From Callorhinchus milii (taxonomy: Eukaryota): a DNA stretch of 64,000 nucleotides. Under the pieces are notes generated by a model. It did not search any database and was not told the DNA's origin. It saw only the letters and a list, made by a program, of their open reading frames with translations. Shown piece by piece: positions 50,401-63,890 of this stretch (position 1 is the first letter of the stretch; every line of letters starts with the position of its first letter). The position numbers and the translations under genes were made by a program. Location: contig NW_024704742.1 of the NCBI RefSeq assembly GCF_018977255.1, forward strand, positions 82,772,001 through 82,836,000, in the 5' to 3' direction.

Positions 50401-50760
50401 GTGGAGCAACAGAGAGGGTGGAGTGGGGGTGAGAGGCAGTGGACAGTGGAGCAGGAGAGAGGGTGGACTGGGGGTGAGAGGCAGTGGACAGTGGAGCAAC
50501 AGAGAGGGTGGAGTGGGGGTGAGAGGCAGTGGACAGTGGAGCAGGAGAGAGGGTGGACTGGGGGTGAGAGGCAGTGGAGAGTGGAGCAACAGAGAGGGTG
50601 GACTGGGGGTGAGAGGCAGTGGAGAGTGGAGCAACAGAGAGGGTGGAGTGGGGGTGAGAGGCAGTGGGCAGTGGAGCAGGAGAGAGGGTGGAGTGGGGGT
50701 GAGAGGCAGTGGACAGTGGAGCAGGAGAGAGGGTGGAGTGGGGGTGAGAGGCAGTGGAGA
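50401..50760. repeat. 45-bp G-rich minisatellite, 8 units
   Basis: Unit GTGGAGCA(AC/GG)AGAGAGGGTGGA(G/C)TGGGGGTGAGAGGCAGTGGA(C/G)A starting at 50401, 50446 ... 50716. Confidence 0.97.
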
Positions 50761-51622
50761 GGATCAGGGAAAGACGGCTTGAAAGTCTCCCCACACCCCC
50801 CTGTGCCCTGTGCCCTGTGCTTGTGCTGTCCAGGGATCCGATCAGACAGTGAGCAGTTTAGTTTGAGGATTTGATCTGAATCTCTGCTCCTTTTCGTGCT
50901 GACACTGGGTGTTGCGAGGCTGTGAGTGAGTGAGTGAGAGAGAGAGTGAGTGGTGAGTGTATGTGGACCATGGGCAGCCCTGGCATCTCTCTGCCCTCTC
51001 CCCCTCCCCTCTCTGCCCCCCCCCCCCCCCCCCCCCTGGGCTGGGCTGACTTGGCTCCTGATCTGAAGGTACTGGATCTTTCGGTGCCTGTCTCCATCCC
51101 TGGTCTTATTTCGTGTGGGGTTTTTTTTTGGTTTTGTTTTGGGGTATTTATATATTGCTTTTTTTATTCCAAAAAAATAGATCAGTAAAATTGCTTTTCA
51201 TTTTGTTTTACTGGGACAAACGCGCTTTGTGTTTTATTTGTGCATAAAATTGCTTCTTATTTATGTTGTTACTGGGAGAAATGTTTGTTATGCTGTTATC
51301 CTCCCCCCCCCCCCCCACCCCAAAAAAAACCCAAACCTATAAATACAATTGCTTGTATTTATATACAATTGCTTGTATTTATTGTGTTTTTTAATAAACA
51401 AAAAGATGGCTTTGATTTATAATAAAGTTGTCTTTGAAGGGTGGGGAAGTTACCCCTCAAAACCATCTGATCTTAACATTGAAGGGAAACAATTTGGTTT
51501 CTTTGTTTTGCTTTTTTTTCCCCCTCTCTCTCTCTCTCTCTCTCTCTCCTCTTAGATTGTTGCCCCTGAATGCAAGTGCTGGGGTTAGTTATGTTGGGTG
51601 GTTGAATGAGGGGCACAGTTTG

Positions 51623-51655
<33 letters not shown>

Positions 51656-51660
51656 GGGTG

Positions 51661-51692
<32 letters not shown>

Positions 51693-52124
51693 GGAGGGAG
51701 GGATGGAGAGATGGAGACTGGGGGGTTTGGAGAGTTGGTCAGAGTGTCTCTGGACATGGACTGAGCCACTGATCGCCACTTGTCTGTCACAAGGCGTAGC
51801 ACCAGACACTGAGCTCAAACCTTTTGTCTTTCTTTCTCTCCTTCTGTCTCTCTCTCTCTCCTCTCTCTCTTTCTCTGAAAACCAAACCCACACAAAGCAG
51901 GCAGGACACGTCCAGGCTCCTCGCCCACACCACAGCTACACTTTCACTAGCTGCAGGGCACAGATTTTTTAATATATATATGTATATATATGTATGTGTG
52001 TATATATATATATATATTTAAACACAAAGCACATCGCCTCTCCTGACAAACATCGTTGAAAGACAAATCCGTCTGATTCAGAGCAGCTTCAGAAATGAAG
52101 TGCCTGTGAGCATGAGATTTTATC

Positions 52125-53010
52125 CACTCACACACTCACTCACACCCACACACACTCACACACACACTCAAACTCACTCACACGCACACACTCACTCACT
52201 CACACCCCACACACACTCACACAGACACACACACACTTCAACTCACACACACTCACTCACACCCACACACACAGACACACACACCTAAACTCACACACAC
52301 ACTTACACTCACGTACACTCAACTCAGCTACACTCACTCACTGACACACTTGCACTCACTCACACACTTACACTCACTTACACACTCACTTATACACAAT
52401 TGCACACACTCACAGTGATCAGCCTCAAGTCCGAGGAGAGCTTTGCGATCAGTTGTTTAACGCGGCTGATGAGGAGCGATCCCCACTGACCTCCCTCCCT
52501 CCCTCCCTCCCTCCCTCTCACACTCTCCCTCTCTCACATCTTCTCACACACACACTCTCTCTCACACACACTCTCTCTCTCTCACTCTCACTCTCTCACT
52601 CACACTCTCTCTCTCACTCTCACTCACTCTCTCTCACTCACTCTCTCACACTCACACTCTCATTCACCCTCACTCTCTCTCACTCTCTCACACACACACA
52701 CTCTCTCACTCATCCCATTCTCTCTCTCACACACACTCTCTCTCACTCACTCTCACTCACTCTCTCTCACTCACTCCCACTCTCACACACACTCTCTCTC
52801 TCACTCACTCCCACTCTCTCTCTCACTCTCTCATGGGAGAGCAGGTATGGCTGTGCCTGGTGGCAGCTGGTAGTTGGTTGTGGGGGTGTGTGTGAAGGTG
52901 CTGAGGTGCAGATGGAGGGAGAGCTGAGCTGTACCCAGACTGTGAGTGAGAGTGAGTGAGTGAGTGAGTGTGAGAGAGAGTGAGTGAGAGTGAGTGAGTG
53001 AGTGAGTCTC
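52125..53010. repeat. (CA)n, (CT)n, (CTCA)n and (GTGA)n low-complexity tracts
   Basis: Direct reading, with short unique islands at about 52410-52490 and 52835-52940. Confidence 0.9.
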
Positions 53011-53199
53011 TGTGCCCTGGTGTAGAGCCGCCAGGGGCCTGTCTATAGCCACTCTTCTCACGTCCCTCCTGCTGGCCAACTTTCCCCACACTGTAACTCT
53101 GATCATTTTAAATCTTCCAAAGCACATTGCCATACATTATATATTTATATATATACACACACACATATATGTGTATATATACTTAAATATATAGTATAT

Positions 53200-53271
53200 A
53201 TTTAAATATATACTGCCTCTCGCCCTCACACATGTATGTGCGTGAGGGGGAGAGGCAGTATATATTTAAAT
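53200..53271. repeat. Inverted repeat, 30-bp arms (29/30 matched), 12-nt loop
   Basis: ATTTAAATATATACTGCCTCTCGCCCTCAC ... GTGAGGGGGAGAGGCAGTATATATTTAAAT. Confidence 0.9.
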
Positions 53272-53542
53272 CAGGTTACTGGTGTATCACTGGGCTCATT
53301 TATAATGGAGATCCACAGCTTGTTTGGTGTCTGCTTTAATAAGCCCCGATTGTCACACAGAGCAGCTGCCACCTTTGCTTATCGGCCAGCGCCAATGGCT
53401 TTGGCATCTTGAAGCTCCAGTCGTTGTTAAGAAAACTTTGAATTGCTGGAAATTGATGCCTTCCCACTTGCTGGTTTGGTGGCGGTTTTATTTTCGGAGG
53501 CGAAAGGGAGCGAGAGGACTGGTTGGAAGCCTATCTTCCAGT

Positions 53543-53650
53543 AGTAATAATAATCGTTGCATTTGATAAAGCGCTTTTCACGTCTTCGCGACGTCTCGAA
53601 GCGCTTCACAGAATAGACTGTAAAGTGAATTGACCATATATTTGTGGGAG
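53543..53650 (-). mobile_element. SINE 3' fragment
   Basis: Reverse complement of the young SINE tail region. Confidence 0.8.
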
Positions 53651-56600
53651 AAATATACGGGCTGTATAAAAGCCTCCAGATCTGTAAAGCTGGAGGGCGA
53701 ATGGACTGACTGATTGAATGTGGAGAATTTATCACTGTTTCTTTCTCCACACTTTGATCTAATGTTCCCAAGCTTGCACTGGCAGTGTTAAGATGCTCCA
53801 TTTGAATGTTGCGGGTTAATCCCCCACAGAGATCTCAAACAATCTTTCTACTTTGCAAGAATTTGGCTTTTGCTTATGGACTGAACAGGACAAGATGGAA
53901 TTAAGGGATTTAAAAGGTTAGGCAGTTCAGATTGTCCATTAACTCTTTGGATATCATGCTTTTTTGTTGGGGGGGGGAGGAGTTTCAAACTCGAGACATT
54001 TTGGATTTGTTTAATTTTCTTATTTCAGTGAATCTTGGGATTGTAAAGAAAAAGTCTTTAACCTGTTAAACCTAAATGCCTTAGTAAGAGTGAGCAGCGA
54101 ATGATTTCTATTGAACGGGGGCACCACTGTTCAGTTCATCTGCCAGAAGGTTGCAGATAGGCTGTGCTAATGTAGGATGTGCTTGTGTTCTTAAAGGAGT
54201 CTCACGTTTCTGCATCTTTTTAAAAAAAATATATAAAATTCTGGTCACTTTTAACCTTTCTGCTTTCAAAATCCTTTTAAAAATCGATCTCTGAATGGGC
54301 CTTCACTCATCTCCCTCCTACCTTATAAGAACATAAAAATTGCTCGACGAAAGAATACCAAGTTTTCATCCAGTTTGCCTTCCATCAGCCTGGCAGTCTC
54401 ATGCACATGCTCATGTCCCAAACTATATACTGTATCCCAAGATATTATTACCTAAAATATTTGTGTTTGAAAGAATCAACACTTTCTGGTTCCACCATCT
54501 CCCATCTCCCCATCTTCTACCCTGCTTATGCCTCCACTCAGTATGGTGATGCGGGCTGCGATGTTTTCCTGTTTATCACTGTATTAAAACTGTATTTAAT
54601 GGTAAGATTCAGATTGCGCAGCTGATGTTTTAATGAAACCACTGCACGCGTACCTTCCTCAGTGTGTAAACCTCAGCCATTAGCCTGGAATCTGGACTGT
54701 TTTAAAAATATTCACTCATAAATTATCGATGATTTACAACCAGAGCGAGAGCTGTTTTGCCCCCCCACCCCCCCGATCTGCTATGCGAAAAGCTTCTCTG
54801 TGACAGATACCCAGAAACTTGAGAGAAATGTGTTGGTGCAGTTGTGGAGCTGCTGAACTTTACCTTTTGACCGCCCCCCCACCCCCACCTCCAGCCCACA
54901 ACCAGGGTCTCAGTATGGAATTCAGATATGACATTCCAATCCATTTCAGTGCAGACTTCCTTCGGTTGCTATCGTACGTCAAATTCAGATTAGGAACAGA
55001 GACTTGAGCAGAAATTGTTCGACTTTGTTAAAAAAACACAAAAGTCGAGCCTCATATGTTCTTAAGAAAGGGTGAGGATATAGCAATCTCTCAAAAAGAA
55101 TACAATCTGTCCTGGAGAGCAGCTAGTTCTATACAGTATTTATATCCAGACCTCTTAATTTGATCAAGGCATTGCTATTTTGAATCTGGGAGGCATTCAA
55201 TGAATGAAGTATCTGTAATGCCGCATTTGCACAGAGTATTATTTTCGCCCTAGATGTGTATGTGTGTGTATGCGCACAGTGTTGGATGGAATTTCAAGAT
55301 GCCTTAAAAAACCAGTAATATATATTCAATTTATTTCATTTAGACACAGAAATAGCTCTTTCTCACTTTCTTGAAGAAAGGGTATAGGACACAGGCAAAC
55401 ACTGATAGCACCTCACCCTTCCAACTTTTTTTTATCCTCTAGCCCCCACACACATACACTTTTTTTTCATTTTACTGCTCAGTGACCTTTGTGCTTTGAA
55501 TTCAATTTGCCCCAGTGGGTCTTTAACCCTTTCCTGGTCATTATAGTAATTCTGTCATGTGAACAATCTCAATTCTCCTTCCTCCCTTCAAAAGGTGCTT
55601 TCATTAAAACTAGATAAAATTATCTGGTGACAAAATGGTGAAGAAAAATGTTGCCATTTGCCAACAATGCCATTTACCAGAAGCTTCAATGTGAATTGAT
55701 CAGTTCAGTAAAATATGTCATTACATAGAATTACAAAGGCAAGGTAGAAAGAAGTCTACTGATCTAGTGGCTTAAAGTGATCAGATACAAGGAATTACAA
55801 GAAGCAACAGCTTTAGAAAATGGCTTTTGCAAGAATATGGCAATCGCTGAATCGTTACAACACAAATATTTTAATTAGCACCTTGTCCAGGACATGGTGA
55901 GATCTTGTAGAGTAAAAAGTGTTAATTTTGTCTCTGCCAGTCGTGCAAAGAGGATTTTCAATCACTTCTGGAGTTTACACTGTGAACCACAAACACAAAG
56001 AAAAAGGTATCGACTTTTGAAGTTAGAAGTTACTATTATTATCCTCTGCAGATAATAATATTAATAATTATCCTTGATATAGCACCTTATCAAGTCATTG
56101 AAATGTCTCACACACTGCAGGGTGTAGTAGTGCCTGTGTAATTTTGTCAGGAATCTGGATTTTTGCGAGTTGGAAGTGTAGGTGACGAAGAGAGATTTCA
56201 GTTCTTACACATTCCTCTGTTGTTGTATTGCTAATCATGTTTCAAGAATTCTCGATTTTGCTTTAAATCATCCACGCATCCTTTGGTACAGAGATCTTTG
56301 CATAATGTTGATTGTTTGGACTCAGTGACTTGAAGAAGTACCTTAGCTCAGCTGATTATTCACCAAAGATGCTTGGCCTTGCAAACAATTCCTTCCGCGG
56401 AGAAACTAAATGCTGAGTTAAGGTATTTTATTAATTATTAATTTTTAATAGTTGGTACGTGCTGAGCTTTTATTTTGGAAAAAAAATCTTGCATGCATAA
56501 CAGTGATTTATTCATGGCTTCAGGCCGAATGTCCTAAGTTATGACTGGTTGACCAAACCAAGAAGCTTGATATTTTTTGAGAAAATGTGTTGCTTGGGTG

Positions 56601-59600
56601 ATTGTACAAAATGTGTTAGGCATTTGCTCTCTCCCCTCTCGAACTGTGTTAATCCAGATTTATAATTCTTCAATTGCTACAATTAAAGTATTAGGTACTT
56701 GTTACTAGTAATTGACATCTACTGCTGTTCAGCAGCACCCAGTTACAGAAAAAATAACTGTTCAGCCCTTGCCTCTTGCAGCTGTCTGTCTCTGAAAGAT
56801 TAGGTTTCAGAAGTGATGATGGATGTTGGATGCCTGTAGCCAGTTGTGGGGTTTGCATGGAGGTCAGCTGTAACGGTGGAGGTTAGGAATTACTGATGAT
56901 GGTCTTTGGTGCAGTTCCGAGTGGAGATATCTTGATGAAAATCTAAACAGACCTCTTGCAGTGTTCATGTTTATGAAAGTCAGGTTGGTTGGAAAATTGA
57001 TCACGAAAGATCCAGAATACTGGATTAACTCAATCCTGCGGGGTATCTGAGGCTCTTTTCCAATTCCCTTTCCTCCTCTACACTTCCCCTCCCCCCACCG
57101 CTAGTCGGCAATACAGAAAGTTACTGACTGAGAAGTTCTCCCCTGTCTGAAACTTAATAGGTGCTGCGTAAATAATGGCATTGATCTAACAAAAGGCTAT
57201 TTTCTCTGTATTTGATGGCCTAAGAAGTTTATTCTGTCACAGAGAAGACAGCAGTTCCTGAACACAGTGGAACATGCAACTGATGGGGATGGACTGAAAC
57301 GCTCTATAATTGACAGCCTTTTGTCTGTGCAGGAACCAGGAGGACACCTTGAAATTTGTGCTTCTGACATATCTGGTTTGCATAGAAGTGAAGAAATTTA
57401 GTGAGATAGAAATTATCTGCTCAGAACTGGGCCATTTGACCCATCGTGACTGGGAATAGAAGCGGATTCTCTATACTATACGAATATATTATAGTATTAT
57501 AGAGGGCCCTTTCAGATTCAGAAATGTTTAGTGACCATTGGTCAGCTGCCGTGGACATGCTTGGCACCCTGACCCACCAGCTCATAAGATCCAGCTGCTA
57601 ATTATCGGTCACAGCTGGAGGAGTTTGAGCAGTACTAAATCAGTGCTGTCTGGGAGAGAGAATTGCTCAGTGTTAGAGCTTTGCAGTACATAATGTTCTG
57701 CTCTGGGAGGAGAGTGCCCATTTTCCTATAAAATCAAGGATGGCAATTCTGTAAAGGGCAAATGCAGACCTCCCACTAATGACAGCTCTCTGGGGATGTG
57801 AGCAGTGGTTGAGGGAATGACACACCCGCTTGTGATTGGAATGGCAAAGGGCCATTATCCAGAGATCCATGTAGGGCCTTTTCTCAGATAGCGCAGCAAT
57901 TACCTAAATACAGGGCAACCGAGTCGCACTTCGGCTCCAATCCAGCAGAGGATGCGTTATAAGCGAAGCATGGAAAAATGGTCCCACACTTAAAAAGTTG
58001 GCCATTTTTTAGGGTGGGAAGTCAGCTAGTCTGCTTAGTGCCATCCATAGTGCAGTGCAATAAATACTATAGTGATACAGTGCTGTACCAGTGCATTATG
58101 ATGGGGCTGCCCTAAAGTTCTTTGCTGGGAAGCACCCTCCTGATAATTCAATGTGAGCCAGAAACAGACTATTTATCTATCATGGTTAAGTCATTTGAAT
58201 GAAGGACTCAAACGGGTTAACAGTAACTGGCTATTCAAGTATTTATAACACTAATAATCCTTGCATTTGATAAACTTCTAATGACTATAATATCAAAATG
58301 TCTCAAAGCTTTTCAAAGATGATTGCTGTCAAGTGGAGTGACTGTATTAATGAAAGCGAACCCGGCAACCAATTTGTGCACAGCAATGGCTGATAAACCA
58401 CCACAAAATGTGTGATCAATATATCAGAAGGATTGTTGGCCAGGGGATCCCTGAGAGAATCTCTGGCACCTTTCAAATTGTTGTGTGGGATCTTTCACGT
58501 CCACCAGAACAAGTAGGTGGGATCCCATCTCATCCAGAGGACAGCATATCCTACAACCCAGTGCTCCCCAGCACCAGCTACTGAAAGTGTTCAAATTACA
58601 ACTAGGTTATCCAGTGGTTATAAAACTTCAGTAAACTAGCAACAGCAAACAGAGTGGTTTTGCTTTGCTTTGCTTCTCCTGGACATCCACAGTGATTTAA
58701 GCGTTCTTTAAATGTGGGGTTTTGTGCTGTGTTTGCTTGCTGCATTAGCCCCATTACTGTAATGACAGTCCCCATGGTTCGTAATGTGACTTGACACTAA
58801 TAGGGTTAATACTTAGTTTTCATTTAGATTCTTGTTTCTATTTTCGCTGAAGTCTTAAAAGGAGATTATAATGAACAATTTAAACTGCAGCTCAGCCTTT
58901 GTAGTAAATTGAGCGTCGATTTTAAAGAGAAACTAAACTCCGATGGGAAAGTCATTCCTTTTTTATTGCGTTATTCACTTGTCTCGCTGTTTAATTACTG
59001 AAAAGATTTCTCAGCTTTTTCTTCCTATCCACACTGCACTTCATGTTCACAGGGCCACCTGGGATACACCAATATAGAATCAGAGATGTTACAGCATAGG
59101 AAAAGGCCATTTCTTGCTGAAGAATGTGGGTAAATGAAGGATTTTGTTCAAATGCTGTTTCTGTCTGTGCTTGTTCAGGGCACGTTAAAAATCCTCCAAC
59201 AGTGTTCGAAAAGACAAGGGAGTTTCTCTCGGTGTCCAGGCCAACAATCCCCCCAGTTAAAATTGGTCATTCACTTCATGGCTGTTTTTAGAGACATTGC
59301 TGTTCGCAGATTGGCTGCCGCTTTCACCCACAAAGTACACAGTCACACTCTACAGTAAATCCTTTTAAGCGTGCTTGCATTCTTTCGTTTGATGCAGTGC
59401 CTTCACATTGGGAGGATGTCTCCAAATGTTTCACAGAATTTTACTGGAAAGTGGAGTGACTGCTTTTTGTATGTTTCAGCATGTTGGTGGGTCATTGCTG
59501 TCCACAAATGACTGCCATGTTTGCCTACAAACAAAGTCACTAAACTCCACAATAAACTCTGTGTTGCGATTTGAGACTTTTCAGTGATTTAATAAGGTGC

Positions 59601-60957
59601 TATATTAAATGTAAGGTTTATATATTATTGATTTTAATTAATTCTTAATCAACTCAATTATATTTTAATGTCTCTATTCTCACTGCTCCACTTTGAAGAA
59701 ACTTACCCACTTCCCTCTGGGACGTCTCCCAAAGAACTGTGGGCAGGTTACTTGACTTGAGGGGGTGCATGGGGGGGTGGAAGATGTATCACAAGTGAGC
59801 TTCATGTGCACTTTCAGCAGGTATCTTTCAGAGCCGATTGCAATGCCCCCTAGTTCCAACTGACATAGACAAACTCACCCCAGAGCAGATCTTGAACGTT
59901 GGACCTTCCTGGGCTGTGTGGTATCGTTTCTTGTCAATTGAACTGGGGGGGTCACTGTGATCTCCTGAATAAGCAGTCAAAAGCTTCAAAGGGAAAAAAG
60001 ATCTTCAAAATGAATGCAGTAACTGGATCGGTCACAAAGTAATTTTTTTGTAGCCTTGTACGAATTCATAAGTGCCTTTTTTTACCACATTAAACACAAA
60101 ATTATATTGGATAGCAATTAATGCAGGAGGGATTCCACTATTGAAACTTTTTTTAAACCAAATGTTACATGACATAAATGCTTCTATTTATTGCCAGTTA
60201 TTTTACTGGAAAGGAATAGCTAGAGTGGAGCGCTGCCAGGAGATTGTAAATTTCCAGAATTTGTGGCCACTTGCCAATGGTTCATTTGTTATTCAGAAAG
60301 CTCGCATCAATTAAATTGCGACTCATAAGTTTAACGTTTGCAAAATAACATGGATTTTATATTGTCAAGACACGAAAATTAACTTTGCAGTGCAATAAAT
60401 GGCAGAAGCCAGGAGCAGTAAGCAGGGTTGAGTGGTGCGGGTGACTTGGTTTAGTTTTTAAGTGCACCTTTATTGGAGCTAGGCATTGGAAGTGCACTGG
60501 AAAGTTGCATGACACTGAGAAATGCCAGTGCTTTGCATTGAATTGCTTGACAATTGTATAAATTACGTTGCCTGGTACTTACTTAATCTAAGCCTTCTTC
60601 AGAGAGTAAAACGTTCACCAGTAATGCAGGAGGCTGCCTAGCTTTTGTTGCTCCTGTTTTAATTCTTCTCCTTCCTCCTGCCTTCCTTTCGCCTTCCAAG
60701 TTCCTACGATATATTTCTGCATGTGTCAGTGGCACTCTGGGCTTCTCCCTCAAGTTGAGTGTTCTTCATCGGTGTGCCTGGGCAGTGAATGTCAGCAGAC
60801 TACTTGACTGTGCGAGTATCCTAGCAAAGGCTGCTCCCGTCCTCCCCTGCTGTTCACACACATGGATTTCCAGCAGGGGTCACTGGATTGCAACTAGGGA
60901 CTAAGGTCCAGACTCAGATATTTTTTTCTTAGCATTTCTGTGCGTGCAAAGTTTGGA

Positions 60958-61049
60958 CAATTCTTAAAATCAGTCTTAGCTTTGAAACCGGTTTTCCGTC
61001 AAATCTTTTTAGGAACCTGCTTCAAAGGTAAGACTGAATTTAAGAATTG
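60958..61049. repeat. Inverted repeat, 36-bp arms (32/36 matched), 20-nt loop; core of a MITE-like family
   Basis: CAATTCTTAAAATCAGTCTTAGCTTTGAAACCGGTT ... AACCTGCTTCAAAGGTAAGACTGAATTTAAGAATTG. Confidence 0.85.
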
Positions 61050-62139
61050 GCCCGGAAAACACAAAACATCCATAGATTATTTTCAAAACCACAGCAAACC
61101 GGTTGCAGAATTAATAATAATCCATGCTAAGAATGAATTTAAGATATTGTTCAAAATTCAAATGTTCTGAAATACTAAAAAAAAGAATGTAGATCCAGGC
61201 AGAATTTCTCCTGATAGGAGAGGAATCCAATGAGATTGGATGATTTGACTGTCTCTCAGGTCCAAGGGCTGTTGTAACACTCCCAATGGGGCTCAGCACC
61301 CTCATGAATCAAATCGGAAACCATCAAACACTTTTCTGATGCTTCAGTCAGAAAAGCTATTGTATATTGTGGAACTGCTCATTTACTTCATGGCTGTTGG
61401 ATGTTTGTGGGACGTTGCTGTGTGCCAATTGGCTACTGCGTTCCCCTACAACATGCAGTCACTACATTTTACAGTATATGCTGTGACGGGCATTGAGAGA
61501 TCTTCCTGGTGTGAAAGCATGATATCAAGTGCAAGGATTGTTCTTATTATCATGAACTTTAGGTTGATGTCTCTGCACCTGCTGTCATTCCTTCACCACT
61601 CCTCGCATTACTGGAAGATCCAAGGTGGTGGGCAATGGACAAACACCTGGAGTTTCTCACTCTGGTCAACAAAATGATCTTGTTACACAACCTATCGGCT
61701 GAAGAGGTTGTCACAAGAGTCGCTGAAAGCATAGATTCTGTGTAAAAAGCCACCGCACAAACTGATCAGAGACACTCCTCATTTAATAGACTTGTCACAA
61801 TCTGTGTCTGCCATTTGAACGTTCTCTTTATGTGACATCTGGCAGCCTTGACCTGATAGGTTGACATCTTTAACTTTACATAGATCATCAGCCAGAAAGC
61901 AGCTTCACCCTGAAGCTCCAGTTTGGTTAGGATTTGTGTGAGTACAGTATTTTTATCCTTGCTATTTTTGATTTCCGCAAAGTTAATTGGGCAGAGCTCT
62001 CTGCACATGTCTGAGGAATCCACATTACTCTCGCAGTTCTCTCTGCTTGATGTTTCTTGCACTGAGTGAAGTTGCTGTAGTGCAAAAAGAGCCTAGGATT
62101 CCAGTGACATCATTGCACTTGCATTTTATATCTAATATA

Positions 62140-62400
62140 GTAATAACAATCCTTTCATTTAATACAGCACCTTTGACGTGAGGAGGACGTCTCAAAGCAC
62201 TTCACAGGATATACTTTAAGACTCTATATTTTGTGGACAAATGTGGCAGCCCATTTGCACACAGCGATGTCCCACAAACAGCCATTGAAGTGAATGACCA
62301 ATTTTAATCTGGCTGTGTGATTATGGCCAGGGCTCCTGGAGAAACTCCCTTCTCTTTTTGAATAGTGTCATGGGATCTGTTACATCCAAGCAGATGCAAC
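62140..62400 (-). mobile_element. Old Deu-domain SINE fragment (similar fragments at about 58250-58580, 59170-59620, 61370-61550)
   Basis: Reverse tail and Deu motifs GATGTCCCACAAACAGCC, GAATAGTGTCATGGGATC. Confidence 0.75.
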
Positions 62401-62627
62401 CTCAGCAGCTTTGTCACTGAGGCATATACCCCAACACAGCTTTGGAGGCTCAGTCTGGGAGTGTGTTAACTATATAAATTCAAAGTGGGTCTTAGTAAAC
62501 AAACCAGCAGCTAATTTGCCTACAGCAATTTCTCATAAACAGCCATGAAGTGAATGACCATATCTGTTAAATAGTGCTGGTTGTGTTACTTTTCCATACT
62601 GCATAGACTCAGACCTTAAAAGGTTAG

Positions 62628-62800
62628 TAACAACAACAATATTACATTTGTATAGCACCTTTCATGTCGGGAGGATGTCACAAGGCGCTGGACAGTCAGT
62701 GTTTTGGACCCGAGCTGGGGGTTGGGATAGGGGAGGATGGAGGGCAGGGGGGGGAGGAGGGTGATCGAAGGCACAGTCGAAGAGGAGGGTCGTGAGATGG
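62628..62800 (-). mobile_element. L2 3' end fragment
   Basis: Aligns to 39869-40050 (GGACAGTCAGTGTTTTGGACCC..). Confidence 0.85.
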
Positions 62801-63890
62801 TCCTAATACTGCACTTGCCCAGCTAGGACTGTCTGTCTGCCTGTTAGTGTTTTGGTTTGCAAAGTTGAAGACATATTTATACTTCTACATTTACCTTGGA
62901 TTACAATGGCTTTGCAAGGCCCCTCTCCTCAGAGCTAGGGTAGCCCTTAGCGATCCTCTTGAGGAGGTCTTTTAACAAGGTAATCATATTATCAACCTCA
63001 GAAGGGCAAGCGGTTAAGTTGACCCGTCGGGATTTGAACCCAAAGCCTCACGTCCTGCGTCCATTGCTTGACAGAATTCAGAGCTTGAAGTGGGATGTTA
63101 CAGACATTATGGTATCACACTGTAATTTTGAACAGCATGCTGTCACTTCCTATATAGAGTATCCCAGAGAGCTGGAGGCAGTCAAAATAACTGGAAAAGA
63201 GTACAGCATTTGGTGGAATGTGGATCATTCCTGCTTGTACTGCTTCAACTTGTTGCAAAGTTATCTCCTTCATGAATTGGCTCTTTAACCACTCCTCACT
63301 CCCCCATTTCAGTTATAAAATGAAACAGAAATAGATGTGTATAATGAATGTGAGAGCTCATGTACACACCAAGCATCCAAACTACAGTCAGACAGAGGTC
63401 AGCTTGCCAGGTCTTTCTGTAGCTGTCCACATACTACCCCAAATACATGAAAATGGCCTTTATTTAAACACTCTGGCTACCCCACGTGATGAGCGCTATA
63501 TAAATGCAAACAGTTGTTGTTGTTGAATGGGTATAGCTCAGAAAGAATGCAACTTCTGTTTGTATTTCAAAAGATGCCTCTGCTGGGTGCCTAAGAAATA
63601 TTAACCAGATAAATGCACTATGAGATGTGGGGCTGCACAATGCTCACTCTGAAAAGCTTATGCTTTGATACTCGGTCAGGGGATCTCATCCGGGGAAAGT
63701 GGAAAAATAGATTGGAGAGGACAGGAGAAAATTGGGGAGAAAACCTTAGCCCGGCAGGAGGGGAACGCTTATCATTTTGTTGCTAACAGCTGCTGTTTTG
63801 GATGAATCACAGTCAACACATCGCTGTGTCCTGACTGTGCCAGTGATTTACCCTTTCACGTTCAGCTCCATCCATACTGAACAGCCAGGT

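Noticed and set aside
49092..50874. Long ORFs of 298-423 aa
   Set aside because: Translations of (GT)n microsatellite and the 45-bp minisatellite; low complexity and open in all frames
61559..62062. Adjacent ORFs with faint transposase-like flavour
   Set aside because: No recognisable DDE or zinc-finger motif; resemblance too weak to call without a search
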